A stretch of DNA of 64,000 bases from Octopus bimaculoides (Eukaryota): contig NC_069002.1 in assembly GCF_001194135.2 (NCBI RefSeq), positions 33,826,732 through 33,890,731 of the forward strand. The letters run 5' to 3'. Position 1 is the stretch's first letter. Every line of letters starts with the position of its first letter. The position numbers and the translations under genes were made by a program. Under the pieces are notes generated by a model. The model was not told the origin of the DNA. It saw only the letters and a list, made by a program, of their open reading frames with translations, and did not search any database. This document shows positions 54,559-64,000 of this stretch, one piece after another.

Positions 54559-55629
54559 GGAGATGTAGATAGATAGATAGATTGATATATTTCTGGGTGT
54601 GTGAGTGTGTACATACGTTGTTGTATTCCTCATACCTTCCATATTAAAACAGTACGTGATGGGCATAGGTGAGAACAAAATTAGCTCAATTAATTGATTG
54701 AATAAGATTCATTTAAAGTTAAACAATAACAGACAAAATAGATATAATCACAGTTATATGGACTCCATGAGGGAGGTTCTACCTCATAACGTGTTGTGAA
54801 ATATACAGTATATATAGAAAATATATTTTCCTCAAAAGTTCCTCAACTGACTGGCTATCGTCAATAAAAATATAAATAAGTTAGGTAATTCTGTGCCATA
54901 TGTATAATAGTTCATGTCAAGATGACACAGGTTAATTTCTCCTCTTGGATATCATTTATTATATGAGTGATCTCATAGCTGAAAATAAAACATCATTAAC
55001 AGCGATAATTAAATGACAAAGTGTTAATAAAAGAAATGTGATAAAGAAGAGTTTGTTTCATGTGCGAATCAAATCCTACTGTCTTATACATCCTAACGAA
55101 TGATATGATTTGAAGGAATGCTACATGTACAACTCTGTGTGCGTGCCATCGAAAATTACACCTTGTTGATAACTGGAATGGTGTGCCTTAATTTGAAATA
55201 GAACTAGATGACGCATCCTCTTCAAATCTTACCATTAGGAAGTGCAGTCGTGTACATAGTGTACCTAAAACAAAGAAAGAAATTGAAACAGAATTGTCGT
55301 CCTTCCGCATATGTCAGCTTAGCTAGAACAGAACAAGGTGTGGTTCGAGAAAAATAGAGCCACCTTATCAAGATGTTATTGGAAGGAATATTAGACGAAA
55401 TATATAGACGCGAATTATTCGCCAGGATATATCTCATTTGATGAGTCTTATATTAAACAATTATTCATTTGGCAAAAGGCCTGAGGCAACACACGATCCG
55501 ATACACATACAAACACACGAATTCAACTACATGTACTCACACACAAATATGTACCTGCATACCTGGAGAACTATATTGCGTGGATACAATTGTAGTGACT
55601 AAAAAATAAATGTCCAACAGCGCTCCCTG

Positions 55630-55679
<50 letters not shown>

Positions 55680-56205
55680 CGTGTGTATGTGTGTGTATGT
55701 TTGTATGTATGTATATATATATTTATATTCATATGCACACACACTCATATTAATGCCTTCAAGGCATTCATACCATCTGTATTGTAACAAGTGAGAGCGA
55801 TGTAATGCTCACATCCTGTATATCTTTATATTTGAATTTTAATGCATAAATTTATCGAAGGTAATTACGTTGTCATTGTTAAAGAATTAGATCGCATCTG
55901 TCTTATTCCTCAGGTAATGATGTTCGTAACCTAATACGCAATCCCCTTTTCTGTATGTTGAGTATTTTAATGACAGTATATAGTTACTTCTATAACTACA
56001 GTATTAAATGTCTAACGCTTTTACACTAGTTTCCTCCTGTTGAATATTGACTTTGTTTTCGAATGTATCCTATAGTTAATATTGTTGGAGGCTCATATTT
56101 ACGAGCTCTGGCTGGAGGAACAAGCATGACTGGGTGCGTAAGAAGTTCGCTTCTCAGCAATATAATGTTTTGTAAATTTCCTCTTCATGGCAATTTGGGC
56201 AACCA

Positions 56206-56690
56206 TCTAGACCAGTGCTCTCAACTGGGATCCAAATATCCCTTGGAGGTTCATATAAACTTTTTTAGGTATCCACGCAATAAAATATTAAATTGGAAAG
56301 TTAAAGAAGTGATTTTTTAAAATTCTCAATCGCAGAATAATGCTAATAATATAGCCTGAATAGGATAAACTATCCCTATTTTGCAGAGAAAAGTGTAGGT
56401 GGCTAGCTGTGGACATGAACTCACATCCCCGTAATTACATAGCACGATGCTTTGACCGATTTAGGTAAACTACCCACTACAAATTCCTCTGCAAATTAAG
56501 ATATATAAATCTCGCTTTATGAGACGCTCTCATATGTTAAATTCAAATTACGACAAACGTAAATAAACAAACAAAGTTTGCTTTTAGAAGCGTTGAGATG
56601 TCTTTTTAGAAAATTAAAGAAGTAATTTTTTAAACTCTCAATCAAATTGGAGATAAACAATATTATTTTAAGGGCCCCTGAAAAAGTCTT
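56206..56690 (+). mobile_element. Degenerate hAT (Charlie-like) MITE interrupted by an insertion
   Basis: Starts cagtgctctcaactgggatcca (cf. CAGTGGTTCTCAAC termini); right TIR not clearly preserved. Confidence 0.35.
56399..56477 (-). pseudogene. tRNA-like cloverleaf (tRNA pseudogene or SINE head)
   Basis: Minus strand gtgggtag...ctagccac pairs at 7 of 8 positions (acceptor-like); anticodon-like stem tcgtg/tacgg; T-like loop ttcatgt; A/B-box-like motifs. Confidence 0.45.
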
Positions 56691-56970
56691 ACTTCAGACA
56701 TCTGAATGGCTTTGTATTGCAAGAAACAGCAAGGTTACTTTCTCCCACGTTTTACATAATTCAAACTACACAAGTTAGAGGAAGAAAAGAAGGAAAGAAT
56801 ATTGAAAGTCGCTTCTATAAAACTAGTTTAAAATCATCAGATAGCTATGGGAGCCAACCAGAATAAAGTAGATATGAAAGGGGTTCATAGATAAAAAAAA
56901 ACGTCGTTCTGAACGTCGTGAACCTCTGACCAAGATGGATGTTGGGCGTGTCGAGTATGCGGGCATACGT

Positions 56971-57027
<57 letters not shown>

Positions 57028-57184
57028 ATTTTATATACATATATATAAATTTATATACGTATGTATATACTTATACATATATATTCATACATTCATGTAG
57101 CTATCTATCAATTCATCAACGCATTTATTTCTCTCTCTCTATGTTTATATCTATCTATACTGTTAACTTCAGCTTCTATACATA

Positions 57185-57350
57185 AAGCCCGAAAAAATGC
57201 ATAGCCGTTTATCGTCCCTCTTTACGTCAACTTCGTCTTTAAACCTAATGAGGTCGATGAAATAATTACCAGTTGACAACTGGAGTCGTTGTAATCAACT
57301 TACAACGTCCTTCAGAATTGCTAGCCTTGTGCCGAGACATGAAACAAATA
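57185..57350 (+). mobile_element. Old, internally deleted SINE family B
   Basis: gaggtcgatgaaataattaccagttg...gttgtaatcaactta...gccttgtgcc. Confidence 0.55.
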
Positions 57351-58624
57351 CTTAGAAGTAAAATGCAGTGAGGGCATTAACCTGATCAGGCATTTCGTTG
57401 TTTTTTGTTGAGGTAAAGTCCTTGTATATTTTGACTTTAGTTTCCAAAGATGTGTCTTCTTTGATTGACATCTGAAATGAAGTGTTGTGTAAATCGATGT
57501 TGACCATAAACGTTTATATGTATGTGACAACGCAAAACATTTGTGAGCAGAATTTTTAGTTACCCATACATAAATGTTTCTTCTCACGAGTCCAACGATT
57601 TTTATCCGATGTAATGGAAACCGATTCGGTCCGATACAGCTTGGTATCTGTGCATCGCTGCCATTACTAGTTATCAGAATTGAAAATTTCGGAAACTATA
57701 CGTCAAAGAATTTCGGTTGGCCCTTTAAGTGTTCTATCGACTGCCTCCCCCGCACGTTATCAACATGAACAAACTTTATTACATGACGATGACGTTTGCT
57801 TCAAACCATGACGCATGAATGTTCATAGTGATAAATATCAAAGCGAAAATATGGATAAGTATATTCATATATTCCGACAAAACACATTAACACAAAAAGC
57901 TTTCAAAGTACATTAATCTGAAAGTGGAATAATTAAGCAGTACGCGGTGTAGGAGAGTAAAGTTCGCACTAATAATAATCGGTGTGGCGATTATGTGACA
58001 AATATACATACATACAAACATACATACATGCATNNNNNNNNNNNNNNNNNNNNNNNNNNNNNNNNNNNNNNNNNNNNNNNNNNNNNNNNNNNNNNNNNNN
58101 NNNNNNNNNNNNNNNNNNNNNNNNNNNNNNNNNNNNNNNNNNNNNNNNNNNNNNNNNNNNNNNNNNNNNNNNNNNNNNNNNNNNNNNNNNNNNNNNNNNN
58201 NNNNNNNNNNNNNNNNNNNNNNNNNNNNNNNNNNNNNNNNNNNNNNNNNNNNNNNNNNNNNNNNNNNNNNNNNNNNNNNNNNNNNNNNNNNNNNNNNNNN
58301 NNNNNNNNNNNNNNNNNNNNNNNNNNNNNNNNNNNNNNNNNNNNNNNNNNNNNNNNNNNNNNNNNNNNNNNNNNNNNNNNNNNNNNNNNNNNNNNNNNNN
58401 NNNNNNNNNNNNNNNNNNNNNNNNNNNNNNNNNNNNNNNNNNNNNNNNNNNNNNNNNNNNNNNNNNNNNNNNNNNNNNNNNNNNNNNNNNNNNNNNNNNN
58501 NNNNNNNNNNNNNNNNNNNNNNNNNNNNNNNNNNNNNNNNNNNNNNNNNNNNNNNNNNNNNNNNNNNNNNNNNNNNNNNNNNNNNNNNNNNNNNNNNNAT
58601 ATATATATATATAAAATGTATATG

Positions 58625-58785
58625 TCTCTGTGCCGGTGCTTGTCCCCACCGTTGCTTGAGGACCGATGTTGGTGTGTTTACGCCCGTAACCTAGCGGTTC
58701 ATTATATTAACCGATAGAATAGATACAGATGGTGCTCCAGCATGGCCGCAGTCAAATCACTGAAACAAATTAAAGAATAAAAGAA
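58625..58785 (+). mobile_element. SINE family A 3' tail
   Basis: gcttgaggaccgatgttggtgtgtttacgcccgtaacctagcggttc...ggtgctccagcatggccgcagtcaaatcactgaaaca. Confidence 0.8.
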
Positions 58786-58903
58786 TACATTTTTAAGAAA
58801 ATTGAATGAAAAATACATTTGTAAATTCGATTGACCTGCGAGAAATAGTAGATATAACCAACTGTTTTTTTCTGTTTTGTAAATAAAAAAAAGAAATACA
58901 ATA

Positions 58904-59121
58904 GAGTAATTGGTCGACTATCGCCAGTGTTACGTTCCAAAACCGCCCGCGGTAAATGAAAATCCGCGAAGTAGAAACCTTACTGTATATATTTTTGGTT
59001 ACTTTTATAATTTGTATATATATGTTTTGTTATAAAATGCAAAACAACAGCACGGAAGAATAGACGTAAGATTCAATAATAAACCACGATAGGTGAAGCG
59101 GGATGTGGCAAAAGATTACTG
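58904..59121 (+). mobile_element. Tigger/pogo-like MITE, copy 2 (about 218 bp, both ends)
   Basis: TA at 58902-58903 and 59122-59123; ends gagtaatt... and ...gattactg are imperfect inverted repeats; body matches 31962-32168. Confidence 0.75.
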
Positions 59122-59216
59122 TATACTGTTTTAATTATGAACATTTAAATCACGTTTGGTGCGCTTTCGATGTGAGATTTTATATATCAAGAGAGTAATG
59201 GCAATTAAATAATACA

Positions 59217-59336
59217 CAAGGCTTTGGTCGACACAGAGCGGTAATAAAAGAGAATTTCCCAACATGCCACACAGTGGGACTGAACCCAAAGCGATGTGGT
59301 TGGTAAGCAAGCTTCTCAACCACACAGCCATGCCTA
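59217..59336 (-). mobile_element. SINE family A head + CORE
   Basis: cagtgggactgaaccc...ggttggtaagcaagcttctcaaccacacagcca. Confidence 0.8.
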
Positions 59337-59715
59337 TAAAGGAGTGATACATTTTGGATAATACACTCCTTGATGCTTAACAAAAAGATGTTTACGGCGA
59401 GAAGACCTTTGACTTTTATATTTCGGCGAGCAACGCAATAACTAACAACGCTACACCGTACAAGATGTTCCAAAATAAACTATCTGTTTCATTGAAATTG
59501 AGAAAATAAAAATAAAAACTGACGGAATTTTATGTTTATTACCAAAACAAATAGATTTATAAATCTTACGTCAAACTTTTATTGAAAATTTTCAACATGT
59601 CTGTATCTCCGCATACTTCAAATCTCTCCTTAGCGTTGTGAAACACATTTTGAAGCATTTCAGGAGTTAGGTCTTGCACTGCTAACTGAATGTGTGTATC
59701 TCTCTACCTAAAGAA

Positions 59716-59776
<61 letters not shown>

Positions 59777-59795
59777 TCGATAGATGGACGGATAC

Positions 59796-59960
59796 ATGCG
59801 ATAAGCTTCCTTCAGATTTCATCAAACGAATCCACTCAGAAGCATGTGGTAGATCGGGGCTCCAGAGGATTACACTTGGTCAAAGTGCCATGGTATGGGA
59901 CTGAACCTGGAGCAACATAGTTGGAAAGAGAACGTCCTTCCACACAGCTAGACCTACGCC
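59796..59960 (-). mobile_element. Old SINE family A head + CORE next to (TA)n
   Basis: gaatccactcag...gtgccatggtatgggactgaacctggag...ccacacagc. Confidence 0.7.
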
Positions 59961-61525
59961 TATACATGCATAGACACACACACACACACAGACAGCAATA
60001 CACATATATACATGTGCAAACACACGTGGCCTGTGTGGGTGCGTGTGGAGAGAACGGCAAAGCAACGTTTGAAGTTGGCTATGTTTATAAACTGTACGTC
60101 TTATGGGAAATGTTCCAAGATTACAAGACGAACCAAAGCAGCTAAGATCATAGAATCGCAGATATGTAATATAGTGGTCTAAATAATATATTCAATCACG
60201 CAATTATCGTGCACAAAACTGTTGCATTCAGATTTATGAGTAAAATCAAGGAAGACAACTCCAATAAAAATTAGTTGATATAAACAATGGGACAAATTAG
60301 ATGATGTGGAATGAAATAAATATGATCATTAACGTATATGGTGAAAGAAATAGAAATGATTGAAACTTATTACATCGTACCATAAAAGATATCAGTGTAA
60401 ACGGACTGTACGTGTGTTGATAATGAACATGAACAATTTAATTCAAAGCAAGTTATTAGGTTTGACATTTCTATACACTAAATTGAAGACCGGGACTTCT
60501 CTTCTTAATTTAGGGAATTGAAAATTGATCCAACCAATGTTTCACTGTCTGCCAATAACTGCTTCTTGCTTTGAGGAAATTAGAGCAGAAGTAATCACAC
60601 GTAGGATCTCAGATTCCATTTTTGTATATTCATTGATATATAAGTACTTAGCAGAAATCATTTCATCTTGAATTGGGATGATAAAATCCACCGGTTTACT
60701 GCTCTGATACTGCAAAGGATCTAAATTTGCCGTTTACAGTTTATTTCGAGAACAGCTGTGCAGTGAAGACAGTCATACGTTATGTTTCAATCAGCCACAT
60801 AGGATGATTGCAACATAACAGTGACTTGACGCTCTCTGAGAAATATCAACGCCTACTTCGCACCGAAACGGTAATATGACATGTTAGTAGTAAGAATGTT
60901 TATGTAAATCTTCCTAAAATAAGTTTCAATCACATCATAAGCATTTGCCATATGTAGCTCGACAACGAACATGAACTGCAGATCTCCCACTTACATATAT
61001 CTATACACTATATGGCTTTAAAAAGAACCATTTGTGGTAACTTTTCAGGTTTTGGACACGGTTAAATAAACCAAACAAGGATATCCGACGGAGAACTACG
61101 TTGCATAAGGAACACACCCGTTTCCCTATGTATAGACATGTAATATTGAGTGATCACATAGAGGGACGTACAGGGAAGCTACAACTGAACTTCACAAATT
61201 TCCATAATGTAACAGTGCAAGGAAGCAATTTATATGGAAGATCGATCAAATGAAGACAATACAATGATTGAAAAATACAAGTCCCGCATGAATATCACGA
61301 ACACTCAACATATTTTACATCATTACTTTAAGACATGAAGATATATAAATTCGCCCCAACTAAGTGAAGTTACCTCCCCTGTCACGAATATTAACAGCCG
61401 CCGTCTTGGGCGTTTTTATGCGTTGGGGGTTGGTAAACGTTAGGGATTGGTAAATGTCGCACCTGCTCATTGGGTTGCTTGGTAACGATGACCTTGGTGC
61501 ATGCGTTTCAAAGCAGCAGCTTGTG

Positions 61526-62386
61526 CTATGGTAGTATATCCGGGTTGTCGGTGCTCAGAGGCCTGAAATTTACCAGAAAGTCATATCTCTGGTGACAGTA
61601 ATACGATAAACCGTATTTCTTCTTGATTAATACTGAGTGTTGTTGGAGAATATGCAGCTTTTCGCGGAGGCAGAGCTGGTAGTTGAAGGCGTTGGGTGAA
61701 TATGGTGGCGCTCTGTCGACAATAGTCCACTTGATGCTAGGTATTTTTTCTCGGAGATCACGGTGTCTCCAGAGAAAACGAGACAAGGAAGTAGAGTTCT
61801 CTCTATCCATCAATCTGAACGAGTACATATGCTGGGGGTATCTTCCCTTGAAGCCGTTACTTGTCATACGCGTATGGTGCCTGGTATTGCCATCAGATTG
61901 TGTAAGGGTGGCTCTGTATACTTCGGCCCTTGAGAGACAATAAGCATCTAGATGGCACATGTTGCGGTTTCGGAAGTTGCAGGTTGGGGCTGGGGGAGGT
62001 TTGGGTGCATTTTTACCTATGCTGATGCGTACAATTTCAGATGCGTTGCCTAGGAAGGTGTAGCTCACCTTGACATTATGGGAGATGAACAGTTTGTAAT
62101 ACTTGTGACCTCTGGGGAAATGTTTCTTAACTAAAAACAGGAAGCCCCTATCTATGTTGGAGGAAACCTCTAGGCTGAAAGGGGTACCATACCATATAAT
62201 TCTCCATCTCCTAATCCCTTTGGGGTGAGGAGTGGTTGTTTGGGGGCTGGTGGTGGTGGTGATGATGACGATGATGATTATGGTGATGGGTTTACATTGC
62301 ACCTCGAAAAAACTTTTGAAGTTATTGTACTGCACTCTTCGTGAATACACGGCGCGATTAAACGAATTACGTTGTCTTCTGTCCAT
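61526..62386 (-). mobile_element. 5'-truncated Penelope-like element ORF: post-RT linker plus GIY-YIG endonuclease (286 aa)
   Basis: IIWYGTPFS, LVKKHFP, NVKVSY, TCN.RN...C.LD..CL, VYRATL, STSLSRFLW, IKWTIVDRAPPYSP, LCLREK: standard motif order of invertebrate PLE C-termini. Confidence 0.85.
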
Positions 62387-62405
62387 CGTATAAGAAATAA
62401 AATTT

Positions 62406-62483
<78 letters not shown>

Positions 62484-62739
62484 ACCACACTAACATATAC
62501 AAGCACATACATGTTTATATATTCGTCAAAAAAAACAAACACGAAAATTATATTGCAATGAAATATAAATGGATGAAAAATATAATACAGGAAAAACACA
62601 GCAAAGAATAATCTCGAATATAAGCACAGCAAACAAATTAGATTATGTGGACAATGACAAGATAACTGATGCAAAAACGGACACATACACACAGGCAGAT
62701 GAACGGGAACACAGTTTGTACATATGTATAACATACATG

Positions 62740-62811
62740 AATGCAACAACAGCAGCAGTAGCAGCAACAATGACGGCAGCAACGACAACCACAACCACAA
62801 TAATAATAATA

Positions 62812-62844
<33 letters not shown>

Positions 62845-62845
62845 G
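62740..62845. repeat. Compound trinucleotide run (GCA)(ACA)(ATA)n(TTA)n
   Basis: Directly visible. Confidence 0.9.
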
Positions 62846-62849
62846 TTAG

Positions 62850-62958
62850 GGAGGCGCAATGGCCCAGTGGTTAGGGCAGCGGACTCGCGGTCATAGGATC
62901 GCGGTTTCGATTCCCAGACCGGGCGTTGTGAGTGTTTATTGAGCGAAAACACCTAAAG
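62850..62958 (+). mobile_element. SINE family C head, cut by an N gap
   Basis: Near-identical to 31240-31348. Confidence 0.9.
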
Positions 62959-62989
62959 NNNNNNNNNNNNNNNNNNNNAGGGAAGGAGA

Positions 62990-63240
62990 TGATGACCATA
63001 ATAATAACAATGATATTAATAACAATAATCATAGCAATAATAATAATAATGATAAATATAATGATGATGATGATAAATATAATAGTTAAAATATTAACAG
63101 AAATAATACTAAAAATTATAAGAATAATAATGTTAAGAATAATATCAAAAATAATAATAAAAATGATGTGATTATGATGACGAAGATGTTGATGACGACG
63201 ACGACGATGATGATGAGAGGAAGAACAACATCAACAGTAA
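62990..63240. repeat. Degenerate (ATA/ATG)n tract
   Basis: Directly visible. Confidence 0.85.
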
Positions 63241-63727
63241 TAAACCCCTCAGGTTTAGGTTTTTTCATGTGTGTGTGGCAAAGTGATACGAGAACAATTT
63301 GGCATGCAGACAAATTGAAAACAGATCGAAACATTTTTATTAGGTGAGGGATATAGAGAAGCAAAATAACAAAAAAATAAGGACATAATATAATCTAACG
63401 TAAATCAATAAGAAAAATAAACATCGAGACGATAATATTCCACTGTTATTATTCCCATATTTTGTTTGTCTGTTTCTCCTCAATTTATATATCAGGTTGT
63501 AATTTAATTTTGATCTTATCGACACACGAAAAGTATAAAAAATTTCGTATCTGGGAAAGTGAAGAAACAAAACGAAAAAAAACCAAAAAAAAACAGAAAA
63601 AAAAACCAATCATCATGTAATTATTTAAGTTTAAATATTTTCATGTCACATTTATTGAAAACAGAAATGTGTAAATTTTTGACACTGAAGTTTTTGCTCC
63701 TACGAACACTTCCAAATAGATTTTCTC

Positions 63728-63773
<46 letters not shown>

Positions 63774-63823
63774 GACTTTTTTTTTCAATATTTACTTNNN
63801 NNNNNNNGTACATCACACCTAAC

Positions 63824-63870
<47 letters not shown>

Positions 63871-64000
63871 TTTTCGCATACAGTTCGATGGAGACATTCT
63901 TCTGGCAGCAATGTGCAACAAGAGTCAAATTTCCAATCCGAATGGTAAACAAAGATGTCACCACTACCAAGTCCCTTTATATTCATTTGTTTCCGTCATT

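Larger units (their letters stand above)
3442..63807. other. About 20 assembly gaps, largest 6577-7347, 16427-16950, 22135-22690, 32337-32879, 58034-58598
   Basis: N runs, mostly flanked by microsatellites. Confidence 0.95.

Noticed and set aside
55240-55440. TM-plus-basic-tail-like peptide or RTE C-terminal similarity
   Set aside because: In-frame stop; both readings are weak and mutually exclusive
57321-57720. About 125-codon open minus-strand frame
   Set aside because: No motif, partly overlaps a SINE; a few such frames are expected by chance
5165-58717. Numerous YIYI/THTH/CVCV/X-rich ORFs
   Set aside because: Dinucleotide microsatellites and gaps
60550-61252. Open frames DPLQYQSSKPVDF... 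(-) and FWTRLNKPNKDIRRR... (+)
   Set aside because: 60-70 codons, no recognisable homology, weak splice context
61454-61474. Hammerhead-like ccaatga-gc-aggt-gc-gaca downstream of the PLE ORF
   Set aside because: Three core mismatches; position is suggestive but the sequence alone is insufficient

Overview
AT-rich animal genomic DNA, packed with microsatellites and broken by about 20 N gaps (roughly 5.6 kb by my hand tally; most gaps are flanked by (TA)n/(CA)n runs, typical of a short-read assembly). The SINE families and simple-repeat load suggest a coleoid cephalopod, probably Octopus (inference). I recognise no intact host gene; most long ORFs in the track are artefacts of microsatellites or N runs. 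What can be supported is a layered transposon graveyard. It contains the 3' part of an L1/Tx1-type LINE ORF2, at least five Penelope-like element (PLE) remnants (RT and GIY-YIG pieces, two with downstream hammerhead-ribozyme-like cores), an R4/Dong-like RT fossil, an RTE-like RT fossil and a mariner transposase fragment. It also has two copies of a Tigger/pogo-like MITE, a hAT-like MITE and about 25 copies of four tRNA-derived SINE families (my labels A-D). The most interesting items are a SINE dimer with the same junction at three loci, PLE-linked hammerhead-like motifs, a PLE fold-back flanked by 103-bp direct repeats, a 286-codon PLE ORF still open despite a decayed catalytic motif, and a diverged frame-preserving duplication. 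I found no clear evidence of a wholly new biological system.
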